A stretch of 64,000 nucleotides of DNA from Sphyrna mokarran (GCA_024679065.1 JAGIQG010000004.1:40424001-40488000), one strand, 5' to 3'; counted from the first letter of the stretch, positions 24,409-36,528 are shown. Program-made: numbers and translations. Notes: a model not told the origin generated them from the letters alone.

Positions 24409-24650
24409 CATGAAGATGTTGGCATACTGGGGTGCAAATTTGGTCCCCATGGCCGTTCCTTGTATCTAGGTGAAAAACTGGTTGTTGAAGGTGAAGATAT
24501 TGTGGTCCAGAATAAAATGGATGAGTTGTAAAATTGCATCCGGAAACTGGCAGTTATCAGCATTGAGTACTGAGGCAGTTGCAGCAACGCCATCGTTGTG
24601 GGGGATGTTGGTGTAAAGCGCTGAGATATCCATTGTGACGAGGAGTGTTC

Positions 24651-26140
24651 AATAACCAGTTGTACATCCAGATACACGGAACAGCCATGGGGACCAAATT
24701 CGCATCTCAAAATGCCAACATTTTCATGACTTCTTCACCGCACAGGATCTTCAACCAAGGCTATACATTAGATACATCAATGACATTTTCTTGCTTTGGA
24801 CTCATCGTGAACAATCATTGAAACAACTGTATGATGATATCAACAAGTTCCATCTTACCATCAGATTCATCATGGACTATTCTCCAGAATCAGTTGCATT
24901 CTTAGACACACGCACCTCCATCAAGGATGGTCACCTCAGCACCTCACTGTACAGCAAGCCCACAGACAACCTCACAATGTTCCACTTCTCCAGCTTCCAC
25001 CCTAAACATGTTAAAGAAGCCATCCTCTATGGACAAGCCCTCCGTATACACAGAACTTGCTCAGATGAGGAGCATCGTGACAGACACCCCCAGATGCTGA
25101 AAGATGCCCTCACGAGAACAGATGTGACACTCGACTCATTGATCAACAGTTCCGATGCACTACAGCGAAAAGCCATACCGACCTCCTTAGAAGACAAACA
25201 CGGGACACGGTGGACAGAGTCCCCTTCGTTGTCCAGTACTACCCCAGAGTGGAGAAACTATGACATCTTCTCCAAAGTATTCAACATCTCACCAGGGCCA
25301 TCCCCACTTCTTGCACTTCTTGAAGGCACTTCTTGCCTTCAGACAGCCGCGCAACCTCAAACAGATCATTATTCGCAGAAACTATCCAGAACAGTGACCA
25401 CAATACCACACAACCCTGCCACAACAACCTCTGCAAGGCATGCCGGGTCATCGACATGGATGACATCATCATACGTGAGAATACCATTCACCAGGTACAC
25501 GGTACATACTCTTGCAACTCGGCCAATGTTTCTACCTAATATGTTGCAAGAAAGGATGTCCCGAAGCATGGTACATTGCAGAGACCTTGCAGACACTACA
25601 ACAGTGGATGAATGAACATTGCTTGACAATCACCAGGCAAGACTGTTCCCTTCCTGTTGGCACACACTTCAGCGGTCACGGGCATTCGGCCTCCAACCTT
25701 TGGGTAAGCATTCTCCAAGGGAGCCTTCATGACACATGACAGCATGAGTCGCTGAGCAGAGACTGATAGCAAAGTTCTGCACACATGAGGACGGTCTTAA
25801 CAGGGATCTGGGGTTCATGTCACACTATCTGTAACCCCCATGACTTGCCTGGGTTTGCAAACCTCACTTACTGTACTGTCTGGAGACAATACACATCTCT
25901 TTAATGTGTGCTCAGTGCTCTGTCCATTCACATTGTTAGCCACTTTAAGACTGGAATAGCAGGTTAGGTATAAAGATTCGCATTCTAATCAGTAATCTGT
26001 AAACTGTCTGTGCTGTTATATGTGCTGTCTGAGACCAGAACACCTCATTCCCCTGACAAAGTGATCGAAACACCTCAGAAGCTTGTGAGTTTACTATCAA
26101 ATAAATCGGTTGGACTTAAACCTGGTATTGTCAGATCTCT
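24651..26140 (+). mobile_element. Penelope-like element, right arm
   Basis: GTAMGTKFA..ANIF, then ORF 24791-25615 (VAFLDT..TSLYSKPTD..FSSFHPKHVK..ILYGQALRI), GIY-YIG remnants and a tail inverted relative to 22200-22560. Confidence 0.92.
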
Positions 26141-27867
26141 CACTGGGATGGTGCCAGAGGACTGGAGAACAGCTAGTATAGTCTCACTATTTAAGGAAGG
26201 TTGTAGAGACAAGCCAGGAAACTGCAGACCAGTGAGTTTCACGTATCTGGTTGGGAAACAAACGGAAAAGATTCTGAAGGAGAGAATTTATCTCCATTTG
26301 GAGAGACAAAGTTTGATCAGGGATAGTCAGCATGATTTTGTCAGAGGGAGTTATACCCAACAAATTTGATTGAATTTTCTGAGCATGTAATTAAGTGTTT
26401 GGGTGAGGGTAGTGTAGTTGATGTAATTTACATGGATTTCAGCAAAGCTTTTGACAAAGTCCTATATGGGAGGCTTATTAAGAATGCTAATGTACATGGG
26501 ATACAAGGCAAACTGAAAAGGTGGATTCATAATTGGTTTAGCGGTAGGAGACAGAGGGTAGTGACAGACAGCTGCTTTAGTGACTGAAGGCCAGTGACCA
26601 GTGGCATGCCACAAGGATCCATGCTGGGCCCCCTATTGTTCATCATTTACACAAATGATATAGATGACTATATGGAAGGTTTTTAGTAAGTTTGCTGATG
26701 ATACAAAGATTGGCCAAGCGGTTAACAGTAAGGTTGAGTACCTTGGGCTAAGGAAGATATAAATAAGATTGTCAAATGGGTGGATAAGTGGCAGGTGCAA
26801 TTTAACCCTGAAAAATGTGAGAGGATGCACTTTGGAAAGAGTAATTTGACAAGGTCTGACACTGGGAAATTCCCAAGAACAAAGGGACCTTGGTATGTTT
26901 GTCCATAGGTCTCTGAAGGCAGGAAGGCAAGTAATTGGGTGTGGAAAAAGGCATATGGCACACTTGTCTTTATCAATCGGTATAAATTACAAAAGCAAAG
27001 AGGTCATGATGGAGTTGTATAGAACTTTGCTGAAACCACAGCTGGAATACTGTGTGCAGTTTTGGTCACCACATTATAGGAAAGACGTGAATGCACTGGA
27101 AGAGGTGCAGAGGAGATTCACCAGGATGCTGCCTGGATGGAACAATTATGTCATAAAAAGAGATTGGATAGGCTTGGGTTGTTTTAAGTAAAGCAGAGGA
27201 GATTGAGGGATGACAAGGCATGGACAGGATGGACAGGGAGCAGCTGTTTTCCTTCGTTGAAGGGTCAGTTATGAGTGGACACAAGTTAAAAGTGAGGTAT
27301 GGGAGGTTTGGGAAGGGGGTGGGGGAATTTGAGGACAAACTTTTTTACCCAAAGGATGGTGACAGTCTGAAATGCATTGCTTGGGAGGGTGTTGGAGGTG
27401 GGGTGTATCACACCCTTTCTGAAATATTTGGATGAGTACTTGGCACACCACACCATTCAAGGCTCTGGGCCAAGTGCTGGCAAGTGGGATTAGGTGGGCA
27501 GGTCAGGGCATTTCATGCATCGGTGCAGACGCAATGGGCCTAGGGGACTCTTCTGCACTGTAGCAATCTGTAATTCTGTGAAGAGGGGAAATCAATTGTG
27601 TAATTCATGGCTGAATTAAAAAGACTGGCAGAATATTGTGAGTTTGGTGGTGTGCTGAATGACACAATCGGCACAGATATGTCTGTGATCTGCATAGTGA
27701 AGCAATACAGAAACATTTGCTAACTGAGAGTAGCCTTACTCTGAAAAAGGCCATGGAAATTGCTGTTTCATAAGAGCTGGCTGCAAAAGGAGCTTAGCAA
27801 CTGAGTGAGTATACTCGAATGCACAAACTGACACCCAAGAGTTTTGAAATTTGTGCTATTCTCACAA

Positions 27868-28161
27868 TATGTAACTTGTCTAACATTTGTCTTCTCAATG
27901 GGACAGAATGATCACTCTGAACTCGCAAAGAAGTCATCTTGACTGTACTGTCAGCTTCAGTCTTCTAGAGGAGTACAATTTCAGCTTCTGCATACAATGT
28001 TCATACAACTGCATTCTGCAGCTGAATGCCCTGACTTCTCACATGTGAAATTGTACTCCTCTAGAAGACTGAAGCTGACAGTACAGTCAAGATGACTTCT
28101 TTGCAAGTTCAGAGTGATCATTCTGTCCCATTGAGAAGACAAATGTTAGACAAGTTACATA
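27868..28161. repeat. Near-perfect inverted repeat with 116-bp arms and 62-bp spacer
   Basis: 27868-27983 is the reverse complement of 28046-28161, with one mismatch found by eye. Confidence 0.95.
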
Positions 28162-28293
28162 GGGGCCATTGCAGCATCATGTGCATGATGGAAAGAGCCA
28201 GGAATTATTCCTGGTGGCCCCAATTGAAAGCAGAAATTAAAGAGCAAAGGTAAGAAACCTGTCAGACTTAGCACTGCTGCATCCATGGGAAAG

Positions 28294-28341
28294 CACAATA
28301 AGAAGTCTCACAATACCAAGTCCAACCAGTTTATTTGATTC
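28294..28341 (-). mobile_element. 48-bp Penelope tail micro-insertion
   Basis: AAGAAGTCTCACAATACCAAGTCCAACCAGTTTATTTGA matches the PLE tail. Perfect 12-bp TSD TCCATGGGAAAG at 28282-28293 and 28342-28353. Confidence 0.85.
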
Positions 28342-28839
28342 TCCATGGGAAAGGCCAGATTAGACTTAGCAATGAGTGCATCTAAGTTTTGCAAGACCTT
28401 TTGAAGGACATATGTTTTTGATAATACTTGATGCTCATTCAAAGTGACCAGAAGTTGCTATAATGAAAGCTACTTCACTAGAAAAGACTATTAGGAGACT
28501 TTGAGAAATTTTTAGTAGGTTTGGATTCCTGAACAGTTGGTAAGTGACAATGGACCTCAATTTGTCTCCCAAGAATTTCAGAGTTTCTTTAAAAACGGTA
28601 CAACATATCAGGTCCGCATATTATCATCTTGTTATGAATGGACTGGCAGAGTGTTTTGTTCAAATCACGAAGCATACTTTGACAGCAACCAGGGAACAAA
28701 GTTCGCTGATGAAAGATCTTAACTAATTCCTGCTAATGTATAGGAACACTGGTCATTCTACGACCAAAGTCTCTCCTGCATTATTAATGATGAACATTTT
28801 AGAAATATCAATCTAAATCAGGTTTACTTACAAATATAG

Positions 28840-29322
28840 ACTGGGAAATTCCCAAGAACAAAGGGACCTTGGTATGTTTGTCCATAGGTCTCTGAAGGCA
28901 GGAAGGCAAGTAATTGGGTGTTGAAAAAGGCATATGGCACACTTGTCTTTATCAATCGGTATAAATTACAAAAGCAAAGAGGTCATGATGGAGTTGTATA
29001 GAACTTTGCTGAAACCACAGCTGGAATACTGTGTGCAGTTTTGGTCACCACATTATAGGAAAGACGTGAATGCACTGGAAGAGGTGCAGAGGAGATTCAC
29101 CAGGATGCTGCCTGGATGGAACAATTATGTCATAAAAAGAGATTGGATAGGCTTGGGTTGTTTTAAGTAAAGCAGAGGAGATTGAGGGATGACAAGGCAT
29201 GGACAGGATGGACAGGGAGCAGCTGTTTTCCTTCGTTGAAGGGTCAGTTATGAGTGGACACAAGTTAAAAGTGAGGTATGGGAGGTTTGGGAAGGGGGTG
29301 GGGGAATTTGAGGACAAACTTT
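28840..29322 (+). repeat. 483-bp near-identical copy of CR1 segment 26861-27343
   Basis: ORF translations are identical in the supplied track and I found one substitution. Flanked by ACAAATATAGAC at 28830-28841 and 29325-29336. Confidence 0.95.
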
Positions 29323-29709
29323 AGACAAATATAGACAAGTCATAGAAATTTCTGACAATCGTAATATATAAAGGCTTGTTCCGATATTGAAGATTCCCAT
29401 TTGGTACCACATCTGCTTCTGCATTATTTCAATGGTGAAGAGACAACTATGTTTGGTATTCAACATGTTGAAACCTGCAAAACGAAAGGTATCGTACGCG
29501 AAGGACAGATAGAACAGCAAGAAAGCAAAGCAAAATATGGCGTTTTCCATCAAAGACAAGACTCGGGATTCCCCACCCAAATATATTACTGTTTTCAGGA
29601 TGTGAAATGGAGTTTCCACCTTGAAACACAGATACCAGGAAATCTTAGAATTGTGTTTAATTAGTGAACTATTCTTATTATAAAAGAAAAATATTGTTTA
29701 GTTTTGCTT

Positions 29710-29930
29710 TTCATGTCTTTAAGATGTCTGAAAATGTTTAGCAGCCCAACAAATTCTTTGTGAAGTGCTGTCAGTGTTATTATTTAGAAATCAATTTGCA
29801 TACGTTCCACACGTAGTTAATCAGACAAATGACTAGTGAATTTGCATTGTGCTATTAGTCAAGACATGAATATTAGCCAGGGTTGGCTCCTTCCTCTTTT
29901 TTGAATGGCATCTTTTACAACCATTCATGC
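29710..29930 (-). mobile_element. Old Deu-SINE fragment
   Basis: Weak similarity to the 12605-12980 and 57885-58270 copies (TGAAGTG..AATTTGCATA..TGAATATTAGCCAGG..ATCTTTTAC). Confidence 0.5.
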
Positions 29931-32900
29931 TTACAAGAAAAGAATCTTTTCTTATTCTGGTTGATTGATTATATGGATTAATGCAAATCCTTTATTCTAC
30001 CCATTTACAGTTTATGCAACTAATAGAAAGTTGTATTCAGTACCACAAACTGCAACATGTTTTGGTTGTTTGGCTACAGAGGCATGCCAATGTATTGTTT
30101 GCAATATTGTAAAGAAGCAGCATACAAATACATCTGCCTGTTTGTTGAGATTTAAATGTGGAAAATAAGAAAGCACTGCTGGAACCTAGTGCACTGGCTT
30201 CTCCCAATGCCACGTGCTAATTAAACGATTATCTAACAATGAGCATATCATTTCCTACAATTTGATCTGAAAAATATAGCTGGCTGCAATAATTTTTTTA
30301 CCTTGTACTAATCAGTGTGTCTTTTTTGTATTTACAGTTTATAGGAATTTGAAACTAATCTCACAAACTGATCCAAACAGCATCAACTTCACACAACTTT
30401 TTAATGCATTTTTCCCCACACAAAATACTAAAAATAGCTATGATAAACAATGCCTTCAATAAATGGAACCCGCTATAGTTAATAACATTCTAGTCCGTGA
30501 TCCATAGTATTTAACTGCTTTTTATCCTTTTGCTGTATGACTAGCCACAGGACTGACCTCCAGCTAGCTTTGGCAGTTGTTCTATCAACCTGGTAGATTT
30601 CCTTACAGAAAATAAATTAAAAAGGTGTGACCTTGCTGAGGGCTCTGAGTGAAAATGAGGTACATCTTGTCAGAAGCTGAAGAGGCTATTTGAAACAAGG
30701 TTTGTTCAATTTGAAAGGCTGCTGCTTCACTTAGATCAGAAGTAAAGATAAAACAGCAGGATGAAAAGGGGCGAAACAGTTTCATGAAGTGAAATTAAAA
30801 AGCAACACTGAAAACCTGTTCAGCAACACACTGGCCTTTTTATATATTTATCTGGGCTTTATCAGCCACACCTTACCCCTGTGCTTCAAGCGTTGCCCCC
30901 TGTTGAATACACAAAGGTTGTCGTGTCAGGGAAGTGATGAGGACTGCTCACAGATATAAATCGTAGGACATATTTGCCAGACAAATACTACACCCCTTCC
31001 TCTCAGCAGGTCACCTGAGAGACATTTAATCCACCCATATTTGACACACACAACAAAAAAGATAGACGTATCTTTTGATCTATGCAGCTGGACTATCAGT
31101 AATAGGACATGCTAAAACTTTCGCGGGGTTGTTGTGAATGTTTGATTTATCTTGTTGAAATGTTTCGCATGACTACATTAAAACACCTTATTTTCAGAAC
31201 ATTAATAAAATATGATAAGCGGTTTAAATAATTTTAAGATGTAAATTATAATCAGTATACATCTTTATTAAAGGAATATATTCAACAATTTCATATTTAG
31301 CATTTAAGCATTAAGTTTAGGCAAAGGACACAAATCTGTTACAATAAATTCTGTCTCTGAAGCATAACCAAAAATACTGCATGTATTAAGTAATTTATTA
31401 CTGTATAACATGATTCAAATAATATCACATGTTTCAATGATGATCATTTATTTCCATTCTTCAGAATTTTTATAAATGCATAAAAATGAACAACAAATAA
31501 TTTTTAAAAATGTTAATAATTAACTTTTCTGCTGATTGACCATAAATGAGTGAAAATTTAGCCTAGCTCAGAGAAGGTTGTGACTTCATTGTACAGTAAT
31601 TTTCAGTGAATTGATTTCAAATTATTTTGAAATTGTTTCAGATTATTTATATCCTGTACAAAGAGTAGGAGGACTTATTCAATACATTGATATTAACAAC
31701 CTTCAGCAGCTTCAGTATTGCTTTAGAATGGAGCCATGTTTCAGTTAAAGACTTATTATTTTTATTCAGTACTATAATTTATTAGATAAATTTCATTATA
31801 GAAAAAGATTGTTTTAAAACTTGATGTTCAGTGCAACATCACAAAAAAATGGTAATTTAGCCTATTTAGCAGGCAAACGCAAAGACTGGAGGCAGGTGGG
31901 ATGGAGGGGTGAAGAGGTAGAATGGTGTGCATGGTGGCATATACTTTGAGGGCATTTTAACTCACAGGCAGAAAAAAGGTCTAGTTCGCCCATGTGAAAG
32001 CTGTAGTGCAAGCCCAAGCAATTTTGCTGCTGAGCCCACCATGCTGCTAGATGAATTTCCATCAAGTTCCTGCTCCTTTTGGTCCCACTGAGACCAATGA
32101 TAAGAAGGCAGTCAAACACTATATTTAAGAAAGACTTTGCTGGCTTCAGCTGTGTGCCTATATAGCCTGCAATTTAAAATTGCAGCCTGTGTGTTCAGAG
32201 TGAGAGGCCAGCTGGTAAGCCGTCTGCTAGATTTTAAATGCCCCCTGTTAACAGAGGGAGATAAAATTTACTTCACAATGTCTGTTGGGAATCATTGACA
32301 TGATGTTTGAAAAATACACTTCAAACAATGTTTAAACATGAAAACCTACTGATTACAGTTAATGATATGAATAGATGAACATTAGCTTAGCTATATTGCA
32401 GTTACAAGATTGTCATGTTAATGCATACGAGACTGCATGTAGAGAGGCAAGAGAGTGGAATCACTAAGATTGCCATAAACGAATGTTGGTCTGAAATGAT
32501 GCAAAATCGTTTGACTGATTACATTTAAGACATGCTGTCAGACAACAATCTTTATCATAATTGGATTTTTAAAATACTATGCATAATGTATGTTGGCATT
32601 TTTATATTTACAGTAAATTTTGAATTTTGAGATGCTAATTAATAACTAGCTTGCATTATGCATTATTGGCTGAGAGCCCAGACATCCTTTAGTTTGTTGA
32701 AACAGCTTTGCCATAGGGAAAACATTACTTGATTTGCACCTTTCTTTCTTAGATCTATTTCTCAATGACTCAGTGTTTATTTAGGCATGTTAGAGGTGTC
32801 AAATGCTTGCAATTTCTGCTAGTGATATTATAAAGGACTGGTTGATCGACACTTGTTTTTTAAAGAATTTTTCATAAATGGCATTGTAACTATAGAGTCC

Positions 32901-35592
32901 ACTGGTTCTATATAGTGTATACTGAGTAAATGGGCATAGAAGTTCCATAGGTTGACATAAAGGGTATGACTGGATATTGAGGGTGGGTGGAGAGTATAAG
33001 TGACATGGGTAAGACCTTTTGAAACTACCTTTTAAAAAGGGTCAATCATTCAGATTATAGTTCATAGCATTTCTGAAGGGCTGTGAACCATAACCCATTG
33101 GCAAGTTGGCATGGCTCTCAAAAACTGCACAGAGCTAGGAGATGCCTACTCCACAATAAAGTTGACTAGTTTGGGAGTACTAGATGTGGGTTCACAAATA
33201 GCACTGACCAACATCCTTATCCCACTTTGATGAAAATTGGGAATGGGGCCGAAAATCCTGGAATTGGCCATCATTTATAAAGTTCTGCAGAGTTTCCCCA
33301 ATTCCATGAAAATCTAGCCCATCATAATAGTTTTCTTGCATAGGTTCAATTGACAGGCAATTGCTCTACTGCAGAGATGCGCATTATGCAGCTTGCAATT
33401 CAGCAATTGACCTTGTGAACCTTTATTGCAGTCTTCAGTCCTAATTCATTTTCCAGCTGTTGATTCTGTTCCAATCCCACTGATGTCTTGAATTGTAATT
33501 CTGTGGCTGCTATCAGACTCAATTCAACGGCTACCATTTTGAGGCATGTAGTTAAGTTATTCAGCTGACTATTCAAAAACTTTGAACATTATTGAAGCTA
33601 TTCTTTAGCTTACTTCGACTTGACATCATAGACTAAATAGAGGAATCTTTCCTTTTGGTTGGAAAATCATCAGCCAATAGAAATATCTCTAAAATCTTGT
33701 ACAAACGTTTGACTGGAATACCGGCTTAGAAAAAGAGAAACAATGTACTGTGAAAACTGTAGGCACAGTTCTAAAGGAATGGAGAAAAAATGCCGCAAGC
33801 ATACATAATAAAAAAAATAGAGGAAAGTTTGTCATGTATTTTTACATATATAAGTTTGTGTCTCTTTTCGTTCATGGGGATGATAAGATAGTATACGTAT
33901 ATTTGTCTATTCTTCTTGTCACCTTGTAGAAGTCGATGTTTAATGCGCTACCACTGACTCTTAGAATTTAACACTGATTTAAGCATTGATTGCAGTGGAT
34001 GGGGTTTCCATCCATCCTTGGAAAGAAGTGTCACCCGTGAGAGCTACCCACCAATATGAGTGGCCAACAGCTTTCCAACTCATCCAGGGACAGAGCTGCA
34101 CTGTTCTGTAAAAAGGTTAGGCTTAGAGCCAAAGTAAGTCCCAGACTTTCTGGGGTTGGGATGGTAGGAGATGTCCTGGATAGTTAGGAGTGTGGGGGGA
34201 GGAGGGGTATGATATGGTGGAATAGCAGCCATCAGATTGAGGTAACTCTTCCTCCTGATGGAAGAAAGTTTATTTTTGTGTTTCCCACCCTACTTGCACC
34301 CACTCCCACCAGCTAAAGAATTAATGCTAGATGGGGAATGTGAAAAGACAAGTTTCTGTCCCAAGGCGCTGCTCACCCAACCATGAAACTACATCAAGAT
34401 AGGCAGGAAGGGGGGATGGAATCCTTCCCATGTAACATTATGCTCCTCCTCCCCCTGTGTAAAATTTTGCCCTTTTTTAAATAAGATAAGGTTGGAAACA
34501 CCAGTAAACTTAAACTTAGCATAAGTAGTTGCACAGCTTTTGAACTAGTCAGATCCATTACCTTGCTCAGTCTATCAGGAATGCCAATTCCAGAAACTTC
34601 TGTATTGAACATTCGCTACATGTTCCAATCTCATTTTGTTCTGTTTGGTAACTGAGGTGAAAAGATTACTGGTAACTGGCTTGAAGCCTATTGTTGAAGT
34701 ACAGCCCTGGAGATAGTTACCCAATTCTTTCTCTTAATACTCAGGTGGAAAGGTGTTAGGTCTTTTATATTTGATCTACATGCAAACTGGAGTTATAGCT
34801 AGTACATAGGAAAATGGTTATGGGTGTTCAAGGTCAAGTGTATCAGAATGAGTATTTGGAATGTCCAAATACAAGTTTTTTGGATAGTCAGGTTAACCAT
34901 GCAAGGCACAACAGGCTATAGCCATATAGGATATATGAGCTAAAGCATACTGCACAATCTCTCTTGCCCTCTTGAGTTTACGATATCAGCCTTTTAAGGC
35001 CTCAATAGCCATCTCAAAGATCAGTTTAAGAGAGCCATTTTCCTCACTTTAGCATTTCCTTGCTGCTGTTCAGGCAACGTTTACTGGGTCCTTCATAGAA
35101 GTAAGGTATCGGCATAAGCTAATCAAAAGCATGATTTTCTTTACTATCTCAGGGATAGCTGAATACTGAAGGATGAATGCAGCATAATATATTCCAGCAA
35201 GTATGCAAAAACTTATGTATGTTATCAGACACAAAAATACATATTCAAGGAGTGAAAGCCTTTCCTCAGTGGAAAGAGCTGGGAAAATTGGCTATAGAAG
35301 CTCATAAAGCAATGTAGATTTCACCCTTGATCTTGATAAAGTAGCAATCTGTAAAACTGCATGGTCCTATCATGCTGCTACCTTCCTGTGCGGCCATATT
35401 CAATTAATTTCTAGATCTCCTGCAAAGTGCATCAGTCAAGTGACAAATACATGCTGTTACTGCAGTTAGATATGTAATACAGCAATTTCCATGGATACTT
35501 GAAAACTCTAGGCTTCATAAAACCCAAGTCTAGTCATCACCTTCATAACCATAAACATACCAGAACATAGCTGCAGATCTTCATGCAGTAGT

Positions 35593-35945
35593 GATGGCAT
35601 GGTGGCATGTGGTTAGCACTACTGTCTCACAGTGCCAGGGACCCAGGTTCAATTTCGGCTTTGGGGCAACTGGGTGATTTTGCACATTCTCCCGGTATCT
35701 GCATTGGCTTTCCTCTGGGTGCTCCAGTTTATTCCCACAGTCCAAAGGTAAGCAGATTAGTGGATTGGCCATGCTAAATTGCCCCTTAGTGTCCAAAGAT
35801 GTGTAGATTAGATGGATTAGCTATGGTAAATGTGTAGAGTTACCAGGATAAGGTGGAGAAAAGGCTGAGGAAGATAGTCTGTCAGAGAGTCAGTGCAGAT
35901 TTATTGGACCGAATGGCTTCCTTCTGCACTGTAAGGATTCTATGC
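35593..35945 (+). mobile_element. V-SINE with CR1-type tail
   Basis: GGCATGGTGGCATGTGGTTAGCACT head, V-domain, and tail GGACCGAATGGCTTCCTTCTGCACTGTAAGGATTCTATG. Confidence 0.9.
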
Positions 35946-35999
35946 TCCCCTCATGCATAATTATTTTCTGAAGCACACTTTAAAGCGTAAAATACAAGA

Positions 36000-36528
36000 G
36001 AAATTAAGTTACATTGAACTTGTACAAAATACTACATCAGCTGTAGAATCTCGTCCAGATTTGGGCACTCCATATCAGGAAAGCTCTTTGGCATTGGAGA
36101 GGTGCAGAAAAGATTCATGAGAATGATTTCAGATAGGAGGAACTTCAGTTACGAAGATAAATTGAATAAGTTAAGTCTGTTTTTCTTGGAGAAGAGAAAC
36201 AGGAGATTTGACAGCAGTGTTCAAAATCACAAGGGGTCTGGACAGAGTAGATGGGGAGAAACTGTTCCCACTTGTGAAAGAATCAGGAAGGAGAGAGCTC
36301 AAATTTTCACACAGCGAGCTGTTTGGGTCAGGAATGCACTACCTAAGAGCATGGTGGGAGCAGGTTCAATCAAGACATTGAAAAGGGAATTAGGCTATTA
36401 TATGAAAAGGAAGAATGGAGAAAAGGTGGAGCCGAGGCACTATGTGAAATACTCATTTAAAGAGCAAGTGCAGACAAGATGGACTGAACAACTTCCTTCC
36501 GTGCTGTAACAAGTTTGTGATTTTGTAA
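36000..36528 (+). mobile_element. CR1 LINE 3' fragment
   Basis: QKRFMRMI..FSYEDKLNKLSLFFLEKR and FTQRAVWVRNALP, plus the CR1 tail. Confidence 0.85.

Larger units (their letters stand above)
22160..24650 (-). mobile_element. Penelope-like element, left arm (RT C-terminus + GIY-YIG endonuclease + tail)
   Basis: Minus strand reads LVTMDISALYTNIP...QGTAMGTKFAPQYANIF..RYTNDIF.. (PLE RT) and CKSANVVSLICCKKG..YIGETMQTL..MNEH (GIY-YIG). Interrupted at 23596-24408. Confidence 0.92.
21999..27580 (+). mobile_element. CR1 LINE inserted in Gypsy gag, itself split by the Penelope complex at 22160-26140
   Basis: LKVDKSSSPEELHLKLLWEARE..FNSSLAAGV (left) joins [33 protein letters not shown] and LEYCVQFWSP (right). 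The CR1 tail ends ~27580. Flanks are AAGAAGGG / AAGAGGGG. Confidence 0.9.
27581..29660 (+). mobile_element. Gypsy gag 3' part, integrase and displaced RT fragment (decayed, rearranged)
   Basis: FMAELKRLAEYCEFG..AIQKHLLTESSLTLKKAMEIAVS (gag). LDKLHRGH..ARNYSWWP, LHPWE, IILDAHSK*PEV, VSDNGPQF and NGLAECFVQ (integrase). YKGLFRY*RFPFGTTSASALFQ (RT). No 3' LTR recognised. Confidence 0.85.

Noticed and set aside
24791-25615. Longest ORF (274 aa) as an intact gene
   Set aside because: It is a 5'-truncated Penelope RT piece that drifts out of frame midway.
28840-29322. Independent CR1 retrotransposition
   Set aside because: It shares the neighbour's private lesions and lacks the CR1 3' tail.
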